Below are positions 38,076 to 47,079 of a DNA stretch of 64,000 nucleotides, piece by piece. Every line of letters starts with the position of its first letter. Position 1 is the stretch's first letter. The position numbers were made by a program, and so were the translations under genes. This stretch comes from Candidatus Azotimanducaceae bacterium (GTDB lineage: Bacteria; Pseudomonadota; Gammaproteobacteria; Pseudomonadales; Azotimanducaceae), in contig OZ244571.1 in the NCBI GenBank assembly GCA_965217825.1, positions 1,248,882 through 1,312,881 of the forward strand, written 5' to 3'. Under the pieces are notes generated by a model. It did not search any database. It worked only from the letters and a program-made list of their open reading frames with translations, and was not told where the DNA came from.

Positions 38076-38103
38076 ACTATACGACGATATTGATGTATGT
38101 CAA
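38076..38103 (-). promoter_or_regulatory. near-consensus sigma70-type promoter for the NTPase pair
   Basis: The minus strand reads TTGACA (38103-38098), 16 nt, then TATAGT (38081-38076). It sits in an AT-rich spacer ~45 nt upstream of the ATG. Confidence 0.45.
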
Positions 38104-38284
38104 TTCTGTCTAGAAAATGCAAACTGGCGCAGTCGCGCCCCAACAGTAACGTTGATCTCGAACTTCGAGTACATGCTCGCGCGCGTGAAGTCCGATTTCG
38201 GGCTGGACAAGTCCCCCGGAGACCGATTTCGTGTTCTTCTCGATGGCCGAGACCGCGGAGGCGGTCAGCGCAGAGGCGGGCTGA

Positions 38285-38463
38285 CCCCGACGTTTCATCG
38301 GGCACCGCGGCCGACTCGCGCCGAGCTCACGAAGCTGTTGCACACCATCGGCCGGCGGGTGGCCCGTTTGCTCGAACGCCTTGGCCCGCTCGCGCGCGAC
38401 GCAGACAGCGACCACCTCGACTTCGAGCCCGGTGAGGCTTTCGATCGGCTCGTCGGCGCCTCG
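38285..38463 (+). mobile_element. internal 180-bp fragment of an IS91-family transposase gene
   Basis: TFHRAPRPTRAELTKLLHTIGRRVARLLERLGPLARDADSDHLDFEPGEAFDRLVGAS matches 33612-33790 and 48060-48238 at the DNA level. Confidence 0.8.
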
Positions 38464-38592
38464 AGCGAGCCTTTGCGATCCGACCTCCTGGCAAAGCGTC
38501 GGAACCTGATGGACGCATGGGCGCAGTTCGTCACGGGAACGCCCGAGGACGTGCTCAACTTCGATGACCGGGTGCGCCAGGGAACCGCTTGA
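38464..38592 (+). pseudogene. probable C-terminal tail of a tyrosine (P4-type) integrase
   Basis: ...RSDLLAKRRNLMDAWAQFVTG... resembles the Y-x-R-x-x-x-L-x-x-RR-x-x-M-x-x-WA tail of P4-like integrases. It is fused in frame behind the IS91 fragment. This is recognition from memory only. Confidence 0.4.
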
Positions 38593-38689
38593 ACCATCCG
38601 GTCCGCAGATGCCGGCTCCCCTTCCGGTCGTCACCAACGTTTTCGCCTCGGGTCCCGCCGTATCACCCGAAGCGCTGCGGCGAACCGCC

Positions 38690-38973
38690 GGTTCATCCGC
38701 GGCCAGAACCACTCGCGAAGATAGGCCGTTCGCGTCCGATGTCCCGGTGATCCCGCCCAGGGCCAGTTTCCGCGGCAGACGCCCCTGCGCCGTCCCGAAC
38801 CAGCGTTGCGACCGACCGCGCGACTTCGTCGAGTACGACGGGATCATCTCGATCCCCAACTCCCCGATCGCCCTGCCGAACTGCGTCGGGTTGGCCCTGC
38901 ACACCTTCCCGCCCGCCGCCGGCGCCCAGTAGTGCGACCCCGGTCCGTGTACAGGGTGCTCGAGGTTCCCCAC
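38690..38973 (-). pseudogene. fragment of an rve-superfamily (DDE) transposase/integrase
   Basis: TQFGRAIGELGIEMIPSYSTKSRGRSQRWFGTAQGRLPRKLALGGITGTSDAN parallels the TQFGRAL.ELGI..I.A.SPQAKGR.ER..GTLQDRL..EL...GI motif block. No N-terminal part is present. Confidence 0.5.
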
Positions 38974-39006
38974 TCGAGCGGCCCGGTGGGTGTCGTTGAA
39001 GGGACC

Positions 39007-42000
39007 TTAGCGGTCCGGCGCGTCGTCCGCGCGTAGCTCCGCCACCACGTTCGCCCCCCATCGGTGCCACCAGCTCGGGAGCGGCTCCACCGTCACCGCG
39101 AAGGTCGCCTCGACGACGCGGCCCTCGCCGTCCTCGGCCTTCACCGTCACCGTCGTCTCGCCGTCCTCGCCAACGTCGTTCGGCGTGATGACCAGCACGT
39201 CCCCGGCCACCCGCACGCGGACCAGGGTCGGATCCGCGGTCACCGCCGTGTACGTCAACCTGCCGCCCGGTACGACGGCGAAGAAACGCGAGAGACGCAG
39301 GCTCTCCCCGTCTCCCAGTGCCGAAAACTCCAGGTCGGGGATCGCCGCGGCCAAGGCGGGTGGCGTCCGCGCGCCTACGCGCGCCGCGGCGCCGGGTCCC
39401 TGCATATTGACGGCCCGCACTTCGAACGTGTACGCAGTGGCATTGGCGAGCCCCTGGACCACGTGACTCTCGACCGCGGCATCCGGCAAATCCGTCCAAT
39501 CCGGCGCCCAGGTGCCGCCCCCGTCCGCGCTCTGCCGGAACTGGTAGCCGGTGATGGCCGCTCCACCGGGATTCCCGGGTGGCGACCACCGCAGGGTCAC
39601 CCGGTGCTCGCGGGGCGTTGCCGAGAGATCCTGGGGCGGACCCGGGGTGCCGACAATGATGGTCGCCCGCGCCGAACCGGCGCCGGGTCCGCTCGCGTTC
39701 ACGGCGCGCACCTCGAAGCCGTAGCGCAACCCGTCGGTCAGTCCGCCGACCTCGAACACCCGCGTCTCGGCGTTGTTGTCCGGCACGTCGATCCAGGCGG
39801 GATCCCAGGTGTCGCCGCCGTCGGCGGTGCGCTGGTACTGGTAGCCGGCCACGGGCGAGAGGCCCGTGTCGTCGGGACGCGACCAGGTCAACGTCGCCCG
39901 GCCCGACCCCACCTCGGCCTCGAGCCGCGGTGGACCGGGCGCGGTCGAGGCGGGCGGCGACCAGTGGGTCGCGCCGATCGGGGTGACCGCCCTGACGCGG
40001 TACGTGTGCGGGGTGCCATTCGGGGGCGCCGAATCGGCATGGGACGTTCCCGCTCCCGCGTGCGGGGGATCGACGTCGGCGAAGGGTCCGCCGCCAACCC
40101 TGCGCTGCAGCTCGTAGCGCGTGATCTCGTCACCCGCATCGAGCGGGGCGTCCCACGTCACGACGATCCCGTCGGCGTCGGTGTCGCTTGCCCCTACCGC
40201 AACGCCGGACGGCCCGCGCTGCGGACCGAACTCCCGAGCGGTCGCTTCGCCGTCGGCGTCCGCGTCGATCTTGAGTGCCGGGTATGCGCCGGCCTCGAAC
40301 GACCAGGGGCCGTCGGGTTCGCCGTCGCCGTCGAGATCGATGTTCCAGTCCCGGTAGATGCCGTCGTACCCCGACGGATCCACAAGATCCGCGGTCGTGC
40401 GGCTGCCGACCGACGAGGCGGGGAAGCCCACGGCGATTTCCCCCGCAGCGTGGCGCTCCGAGTAGCTCCGCGCAACCTCCGCTCCGTTGTCTACCCGTTC
40501 GCCTACGACGCCGCCGCCGCGCTCCCGGGCAATGACGGCGCCCGTCGCGTAGCTGGCGACGATGCGGCCTTCCACGTTCAGTCGACCGACGAGACCGCCG
40601 ACGCTTCGGTCGCCCGAGATGGTCCCCGTGGCATAGCTGCCGGAGATGGTCCCGCCGGAGAGCCCGGCCAAGCCCCCGACGTACGCGTCGCCCGCCACGC
40701 GGCCAGTTGCGTAGCTGGCGACGATCGGTCCGGCATTCCTCCCTACCAGACCACCGACGATCCCGTCGCCCGTTACGTCTGTATGAGCACGGGTGTTGTG
40801 GATTGAGCCTCCCGCATCATCGGACGTGGAAACGTAGCCCACCACTCCCCCGACGTCCACGTGGCCCTCAACGGTCCCGGTGGTAACGACGCCGTGCACG
40901 CGCCCCGCGCTGCTACCGGCTATCGTGCCGACGTTCTCTCCGCCGGCAACGGCGACCCCGACCACGCGTAGGTTCCGCACGGTTCCTCCCCGCTCGACGC
41001 TCGCGAACAGACCGACGCGGAACGAGGCAAGTGTCCCGACAGCCGATTCGCCGCGGTCGATGAACAGGCGCGAAATCGCATGACCGTTGCCCTCGAAAAC
41101 CGCGTGAAAGAAATCCTTCGTGTAGCGGGCGAACAGGCCTTCCCCAAAGAGAAACGACACACCGCCGATCGGTTCCCAGCCGAGGCCGTCGTTCCAGAAC
41201 CGGTCGCCCGCGTCGGCGGCGCCGCTGCCGTTCGTGTCGAAGTCGAGGTCCGCGGCCAGTTCGTAGCCGATGCAGCCGCCAACGCACCCCATGCCGTGCA
41301 GGCGATCGGGGTAGGCCGCGTCGTACGCATCCGCCATCGCGGGCGTGGGAACGCGAGGTGATCCCGCGCTCCCGACGGTGGCATCGCCGTCCGGATCGAA
41401 GCGGATGGCATCGAGCTGACCGAGATCCGCGACCTCGATCAGGCCGTCGTCGTCGCGGTCGTAGTCCACCCGGACGGTGACCTCCACCGCCTGCTGCGCG
41501 GTCTCGCCGGACCCTTCCCCGTCGGTCGCCGACACGCTCACGGTCGCCGCGCCTCCGGCCACCGGCGTCGCGGTCACCGTCGAGTCCCGGACGCCGACCG
41601 ACACGACATCCGGATCGGAGGACTCCGCAGCGTAGGACAGATCGTCACGGTCGGGGTCGTGGAAGTGCGGCGACGCATCGAAGCGCCACGGCGTCCCGGA
41701 TAGAACGAGCGTACGCCCATCGATGGGTTCGCCCGGCCGCGGCGCAGCGTTGACGACTTCGACCTCGAAGTCCAGTTCGGCGGTCTGTTCCCCGTCGCTT
41801 GCCGTCACCGTCACCGTCGCGACGCCCGCGCCGACGGCCTCGACCAACAGCCCGTCTCCGGACGGACCGGCAACCGCGACATCCGGGTCCGTGACGCGGG
41901 CGGCGTACGACAGCGCATCGCCCTCGGGATCGACGAATACCGACGCGACGTCCGCCGTCTCCTGCTCCCCCGTCTTGAGCGATACGGCGGGAATGGCGCC

Positions 42001-45000
42001 TTCCACGGTCGGCGCCCGGTTGTCGTCCGCCGCCGGATTGACCGTCAGCCTGAACGTCGCCGTTGCCGACAGAGGCGGCGTTCCCGCGTCGGTGGCCGTC
42101 ACACGGACGTCCGTCGTCGCCGCATCGGTTTCTCCCGGCGTACCCGAGAACGTCCGCGTCGCCGCGTCGAACGCCAGCCACCCGGGCGTCCCCGGGGCGA
42201 GGTAGGCAACCGCGTCGCCGTCGGGGTCGCCACCGGGCGGGAACACGTACCGGAACGACTCGCCGACCCGCGCCGCCCGGTGAGCCACGTGGGGAGCGGC
42301 GGGCCGCCGGTTGACCACTGCGACGGGGGCACTGCGCACCGGCTCGCCGCCATCGACCTCCGCGGCGACCTGGTACTCGTAGCGCACGGCAACCCCGCTT
42401 CCCTGCGGCGTGGCCGTCGAAGGTGGTCGGTCCTCGTACGCCGTCTCGGCGACATCGGCGGCAAGGAGCTCGCCGTTCCGGTAGATGTTGTAGCGGATGC
42501 CGCGAGGCGCCGGCCAATGGGCAGGGGATTCGCTCCAGGCCAGTCTCGCCCGGCCGTTCGAGGCGGTCATGGCGAGGCGTGGTGGTTCGCGGAGCTGACG
42601 GCCGAACTCCTGCCACGTGCGCGCGCCGTCGGCGTCGAGGTCCGCTTTGAGCCCCGGATACTGCTCCGGAGTGCCGAAGTCCCAGGGGTCGTAGCCGTCC
42701 GACGCCGACCCGTCGCCGCGCGGAGCGGGGAACCCGCCCGGGTAGGAGCCGTTGTCCTTCTTCGCCGCGACCCGCCAGTTCGCGTAGATGCCGCGGTAGC
42801 CCCGTGGACCGGTCAGTTCCGCGGTCGTCTTCCCGGTGACGCCCCTCGATCTCGTCTCGACGCCATCCACGCGTCCGTTGCCGTCCGCGTCGTCCGAGCC
42901 GACGCCGACCGCCGTATCGGAGGTCTCCACGTCCCAGTAGCTCGTGTAGATCGGTGCCGAGAAGCGCACGTGCCCGACCAGACCGCCGACACGGCGCCTG
43001 CCGGCCACCGGACCGGTGCTGAAGCTGGCCCACACCTCCAGCCTGTCCAATCCTAAACCGACCAAGCCGCCGACATCCTCCACACCGGAGACCGGCCCCG
43101 TCGCATACGAGCCGATGATCGCCCCGTTGAACCATCCCGCGAGGCCCCCTACCCTGTACTGGCCCGTCACGATCCCGGTGGCGTACGACCCCCCGATCGA
43201 CGCGAACAACAAGCCTTTGCCGACGAGCCCGCCGACATCGTCGCGGCCGGACACCTCGGCCGCGGCATGGCTGTGGACGACCTCCGATTGACTGTAGCCG
43301 GCCAGGCCGCCGACGAAATCGAGTCCCGCAACCCGCCCGGTGACCCTCACGCCTTCGACGCTGTTCCTGCCGCAGCCCCGGTTGCCGCAGTTGCGAAGGC
43401 CGCCCGCCAGGCCACCGACGTACCGTCGGCCCTCGACGTCCACGTCGACAACCCCCAGGCTCTGAATTCTCCTGTCCTGGTATTCGACCGTCTTGCCTCC
43501 CCAGAACCCGCCGAAGAGCCCCACGTTGTCCCGGTCACTCCGGTCGATGAACAGGCTGGCGATGGCACGGCCGTTGCCGTGGAAATCCCCGGCGAAACAG
43601 TCCTCGGGCCGCACCAGTCCCTGATAGTCGGCGCGCGAATTCCCGATCGGTACCCAGCCCGCGCCGCCCTCGCTCCGGCTCCAGCCCCGGTCGACCCGGC
43701 CGGACGCGTAGCTCCCCGCCTCGTCGAAGTCCAAGTCCCGGGTCAGTTCGTAGCCCGTGCAGCCCGTCTTGCAGCCCATGTCCCGGACCGCGTCCGGAAA
43801 CGCCTCGAAATACCGGTCCTGAGCCGCCAGTGCGTCCTCCACGCCGTCCCCGTCGAGGTCGAGGCGCACGGCGTCGAGCTGCTCCAGCGTCGCGATCTCG
43901 ATCAGGCCGTCGCCGTCCGTATCGTAGTCCGTCTCGCCCCACTCGCGATCCACCGCCACTGCGAAGGTCTCGAGCACGCTGAGTCCCCCGGCATCGGTCG
44001 CCCGCACGGTGACCGCCGCCGTCCCGCGCCGGGTCGGCGTCAGCGTCAGCATCGATCCTTCGATGCCGGTCCGCACGACTTCGGGGTCGCCGGTGAGCGC
44101 CGAGTAGGCGAGTTCGTCGCCGTCGGCATTCTCGAAGTGCGCGGAGAGGTCGACGGTCTCGCCGTCCAGCCCGAGCAGCGTGCGCTCGCCGATCCGCACG
44201 GCGACGGTCGGCGCGCGGTGCTCGTCCGGCGAGTCCAGCGCCGCGACCGCCGACGGCGCCACGACGATCCCGGCCCCCGCGTTGCGGTCCGCGCCCTCGG
44301 ACCCGATGTCAAGCGCGCCGGCTGTCAGCGCGGCACGGAGTTCCGCCGGGGACACCCGCCTCGGGCCGCCCGCGGCCTGCAACGCCAGCGCGGCGATCGC
44401 CGCCGCGTGCGGCGCCGCCGCCGACGTGCCGTGGAAGTCGCGGAACCCGGGCGTCGCCGTCGACACTCCGTCCGCCGCCGCGATGTCCGGCTTCGCGACC
44501 AGGACGCCGCCGTCGGCGCCGAAGTTGCCGGGGGTGACCGGCGTGCCGTCGGGCTCGTAGAACATCCGCCGCGGACCGTCGGAGCTGAAGCTCTCGACCG
44601 CCTCCGAGCCGTCGAACGCCCCGTCCGCGCCGCCGGCGGTGCGGGCGTCCACCGCTGCCGCGGTGACCGCGCTCTTCGCGCCCAGGTGGCCGAAGATCTG
44701 TCCCTCGGTGGCTTGCTCCAGCCGGCCGCGCAGGGTGTTTAGCCGGAGGTAGCGGTCCTCGCCGGACGCCTTCACCACCACCAGCCGCGATCCGACTTCC
44801 GCTGCGGACAACGGAACCCGCTCGTACGGGTCCGAGCCCCCCTCCTGCGTGTCCGTCGAATTCGCCAGCAGTTCGGTCAGCGTCTCGTCGAACAGATACA
44901 GGTCGTAGTCGTTCGCCGATGCGCCCAGCGGGTCCGCCCACTTCAACTGCAGCGCCAGACCCAGCGCGGCGATGGCGTTGGAGTTGGATCCACCGAAGTC

Positions 45001-46683
45001 GTGCACGGTACCCTCGATACCCGGCGGCGCATCGCCGTCCGCGGGCGCGAAGTCGCCCTCCCAGACGCCCGCCGTGCCCGCGTCAAGCCGGCCCGAGTTG
45101 CCGGCGGGACTGAAATGGAAGCAGCCGTCCGCGACCGCGTCGTTGATCGCCCGGGCCGCCGTGTCGTCCTGGAACGCGCCTTCGGCGAAGTAGAAGACGT
45201 CGTCCACGACGACGTCCGCCCCCGCCTCGCAGAGCGCTTCGACGTTCGCCGCGAACCGCTCCTGGCCGCCGAACGCGGTGGCGAAGTAGAGATGCGCGCC
45301 CGGCGCCAGATCGTGGACGATCTCCAGCATCGCCGTCCCCTCGTCCCCGTGGTCGCCCGCCTGGCCGGCCAGCACCGTCACGTGGGGCGGCAGGTCGCCC
45401 GTCGCCTGCCGGTCCGCCAGCGTCTCGACGCCGTTCGACAGCACGCCGATGCCGATGCCGGCGCCGTCGACCCCGAAACTCTCGCGCGCCGCTGCCGCAC
45501 CATGTCCGATGTCGCCCTCGGAGGTGTTCTCCTTCTCGGACCCGTCCGCTTCCGATTTCGGTGCGCCCGAGTCGCCCGGCGCACGCCCGACCGATCGCCC
45601 GGCGACGCCACCGGATCCGGGCACGCCTCGCGGGACTGACACACCCGGCCACGCGTCCGAGGGCCACCGGACCAGGTCGCCGGACGACACTTCATTGGAC
45701 GTCCGGTCGAGGCGTCCTGCCTCATCCGCATTGGTAACTGCGACGTCGGCAGGCTCGATCCGGCTCACCGCATCCTCCGCGGCCAGCGCTTCCAGGGCGT
45801 CCGCGGGCACCCGCGCCCGTACCGCGCGGTAACGCTCGAAGCTGTCCACGACCGACCCGCCCAGCGCGGTGATCCGATCCAGCAGGGCTTGGGAGACGTC
45901 CGCGGCGATGTCGACCAGCACACGGCCGGCGTCGTCCAGATCGAGACCGCGCGGCACGGCGGGATCGCGCAGCACGCCGAGGAGAAGCGAGCCAATCTTG
46001 CGCTGCGCCGGCGTGCGACGCGCCTTCTCGGCCATCGCCGTCTCGATCCGGCGCACCGCCACGAGCGGCAACTCGCCCCCCGCCACCAGCGGCCGGCCCG
46101 CGTCCCGGGCGTGGTACGCGACGTGTCCCCCCGGGCCGGCGGAAGCATCGGGATCCACGAACACGGCGTCGTCGGGCCCGGTCACCACCGCGTGGAGGCC
46201 CGCCGACGTCCACTCGATCCGCGCCGAGAGATCACCGGAAAGACTCCGGCCGCGGAACCCCCGAACCGCAGGCACCCGATCCGGCGGCAACGCCGCGTGC
46301 TCAAGGCGGAAACGCACGAAAGAGCCATCGGGCATGGGCAGCGGCAACACCGCGCGGGACCCGTCAACGCCCGGTGTCCCGGCGAGGATTTCGTCGAGCC
46401 GTGTGGTGTCGAGTAGCGCCGCAAAGCGTACGCCAGTCGACGTCAGTTCCGCCGGTACCGGACCGCTCGGTGCGGGTCGCCAGATTGCGCCGACCGCCTG
46501 TTGGGCCAACCCGGGGGGCGGTGTGTCGGCTTCCCCCGTCTCGTCATCGACAGCACCGGCCGCAACGAGTCCTGCGGCAACGGCCACATTGGCGAGCCAA
46601 AAGCCGGCCACGCGACCGCCCCGCCCCGGAATCTGGGTGTCCCCGGCGCAACGATGCCCACTCATGCCTCGCGAATTGATCAC
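39007..46683 (-). CDS. giant secreted/surface protein (2558 aa): clan-SB peptidase-like domain, Ig/cadherin-like domains, Ca-binding DxDxDG motifs, GLUG repeat blocks, FN3 domains
   Basis: N-terminal hydrophobic segment (VAGFWLANVAVAAGLVAAGAV). The peptidase block contains SPAGNSG and GTSAAAPHAAAIAAL. Repeated VGGL(A/V)G units are GLUG-type. There are two DYD(T/R)D(G/D)DGLIE(I/V)A.L.QLDA(V/I)R motifs. FN3-like units occur (e.g. ATLTWSRPDDTGLSPVAGYQYQ...YGFEVRAVN), along with He_PIG/cadherin-like units. Confidence 0.85.
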   Translation of the reverse strand: MINSRGMSGHRCAGDTQIPGRGGRVAGFWLANVAVAAGLVAAGAVDDETGEADTPPPGLAQQAVGAIWRPAPSGPVPAELTSTGVRFAALLDTTRLDEILAGTPGVDGSRAVLPLPMPDGSFVRFRLEHAALPPDRVPAVRGFRGRSLSGDLSARIEWTSAGLHAVVTGPDDAVFVDPDASAGPGGHVAYHARDAGRPLVAGGELPLVAVRRIETAMAEKARRTPAQRKIGSLLLGVLRDPAVPRGLDLDDAGRVLVDIAADVSQALLDRITALGGSVVDSFERYRAVRARVPADALEALAAEDAVSRIEPADVAVTNADEAGRLDRTSNEVSSGDLVRWPSDAWPGVSVPRGVPGSGGVAGRSVGRAPGDSGAPKSEADGSEKENTSEGDIGHGAAAARESFGVDGAGIGIGVLSNGVETLADRQATGDLPPHVTVLAGQAGDHGDEGTAMLEIVHDLAPGAHLYFATAFGGQERFAANVEALCEAGADVVVDDVFYFAEGAFQDDTAARAINDAVADGCFHFSPAGNSGRLDAGTAGVWEGDFAPADGDAPPGIEGTVHDFGGSNSNAIAALGLALQLKWADPLGASANDYDLYLFDETLTELLANSTDTQEGGSDPYERVPLSAAEVGSRLVVVKASGEDRYLRLNTLRGRLEQATEGQIFGHLGAKSAVTAAAVDARTAGGADGAFDGSEAVESFSSDGPRRMFYEPDGTPVTPGNFGADGGVLVAKPDIAAADGVSTATPGFRDFHGTSAAAPHAAAIAALALQAAGGPRRVSPAELRAALTAGALDIGSEGADRNAGAGIVVAPSAVAALDSPDEHRAPTVAVRIGERTLLGLDGETVDLSAHFENADGDELAYSALTGDPEVVRTGIEGSMLTLTPTRRGTAAVTVRATDAGGLSVLETFAVAVDREWGETDYDTDGDGLIEIATLEQLDAVRLDLDGDGVEDALAAQDRYFEAFPDAVRDMGCKTGCTGYELTRDLDFDEAGSYASGRVDRGWSRSEGGAGWVPIGNSRADYQGLVRPEDCFAGDFHGNGRAIASLFIDRSDRDNVGLFGGFWGGKTVEYQDRRIQSLGVVDVDVEGRRYVGGLAGGLRNCGNRGCGRNSVEGVRVTGRVAGLDFVGGLAGYSQSEVVHSHAAAEVSGRDDVGGLVGKGLLFASIGGSYATGIVTGQYRVGGLAGWFNGAIIGSYATGPVSGVEDVGGLVGLGLDRLEVWASFSTGPVAGRRRVGGLVGHVRFSAPIYTSYWDVETSDTAVGVGSDDADGNGRVDGVETRSRGVTGKTTAELTGPRGYRGIYANWRVAAKKDNGSYPGGFPAPRGDGSASDGYDPWDFGTPEQYPGLKADLDADGARTWQEFGRQLREPPRLAMTASNGRARLAWSESPAHWPAPRGIRYNIYRNGELLAADVAETAYEDRPPSTATPQGSGVAVRYEYQVAAEVDGGEPVRSAPVAVVNRRPAAPHVAHRAARVGESFRYVFPPGGDPDGDAVAYLAPGTPGWLAFDAATRTFSGTPGETDAATTDVRVTATDAGTPPLSATATFRLTVNPAADDNRAPTVEGAIPAVSLKTGEQETADVASVFVDPEGDALSYAARVTDPDVAVAGPSGDGLLVEAVGAGVATVTVTASDGEQTAELDFEVEVVNAAPRPGEPIDGRTLVLSGTPWRFDASPHFHDPDRDDLSYAAESSDPDVVSVGVRDSTVTATPVAGGAATVSVSATDGEGSGETAQQAVEVTVRVDYDRDDDGLIEVADLGQLDAIRFDPDGDATVGSAGSPRVPTPAMADAYDAAYPDRLHGMGCVGGCIGYELAADLDFDTNGSGAADAGDRFWNDGLGWEPIGGVSFLFGEGLFARYTKDFFHAVFEGNGHAISRLFIDRGESAVGTLASFRVGLFASVERGGTVRNLRVVGVAVAGGENVGTIAGSSAGRVHGVVTTGTVEGHVDVGGVVGYVSTSDDAGGSIHNTRAHTDVTGDGIVGGLVGRNAGPIVASYATGRVAGDAYVGGLAGLSGGTISGSYATGTISGDRSVGGLVGRLNVEGRIVASYATGAVIARERGGGVVGERVDNGAEVARSYSERHAAGEIAVGFPASSVGSRTTADLVDPSGYDGIYRDWNIDLDGDGEPDGPWSFEAGAYPALKIDADADGEATAREFGPQRGPSGVAVGASDTDADGIVVTWDAPLDAGDEITRYELQRRVGGGPFADVDPPHAGAGTSHADSAPPNGTPHTYRVRAVTPIGATHWSPPASTAPGPPRLEAEVGSGRATLTWSRPDDTGLSPVAGYQYQRTADGGDTWDPAWIDVPDNNAETRVFEVGGLTDGLRYGFEVRAVNASGPGAGSARATIIVGTPGPPQDLSATPREHRVTLRWSPPGNPGGAAITGYQFRQSADGGGTWAPDWTDLPDAAVESHVVQGLANATAYTFEVRAVNMQGPGAAARVGARTPPALAAAIPDLEFSALGDGESLRLSRFFAVVPGGRLTYTAVTADPTLVRVRVAGDVLVITPNDVGEDGETTVTVKAEDGEGRVVEATFAVTVEPLPSWWHRWGANVVAELRADDAPDR

Positions 46684-47079
46684 ACTTCACCTTTCGCCGG
46701 AAGTCTAGCCGATCACGCGTCTGCGGTACGTTGGCAGAGTTGGCAGAAAGGTTTGCCGCGTTCGACCGGAGGGCTCGACCGGCAAATGCGAACCTCGCAC
46801 CACCGACCTGCTCGGCGCACTCCGAGAACTTCGAGCGTTTGCCACGACATCGGTTCCGGTCCAGCGGCATGCCGCTCGACATCGGCAGCACGTGCCTGTC
46901 GACCGCGACGCAGTTGCCTGCCGAAGAGGGCATTGCGTCACACGCGTGTATGCGGCGCAGACGCTAGCGCCGGCAGTCTCCCCGAGGGTCGTGCCGAGGC
47001 GAAGTGGACGAAAGACCGCAGGCAGCGGGAAATCCCGAGCCGGTAGGCGTCGCAGCGGCAAGTCCTGGAAGGATTCGTC

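Noticed and set aside
39064-44742. Several 400-580-aa ORFs in other frames or on the other strand inside the giant gene (e.g. 39064..40806+, 41645..43135-, 43267..44742+)
   Set aside because: All are Arg/Gly/Pro/Asp-rich low-complexity translations. The 2558-aa frame carries recognisable domains along its full length.
34330-46683. Possible IetAS-like pairing (AAA ATPase plus subtilase) between the NTPase genes and the peptidase domain of the giant protein
   Set aside because: The peptidase domain is part of a secreted 2558-aa multidomain protein. It is separated from the NTPase pair by ~900 bp of mobile-element scraps, so there is no operon relationship.
46733-46750. TTGGCAGAGTTGGCAGA as a sigma-54 (-24/-12) promoter
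   Set aside because: The GG-to-GC spacing is about two nucleotides too short for the TGGCAC-N5-TTGCA consensus. It is just a 9-bp tandem repeat.
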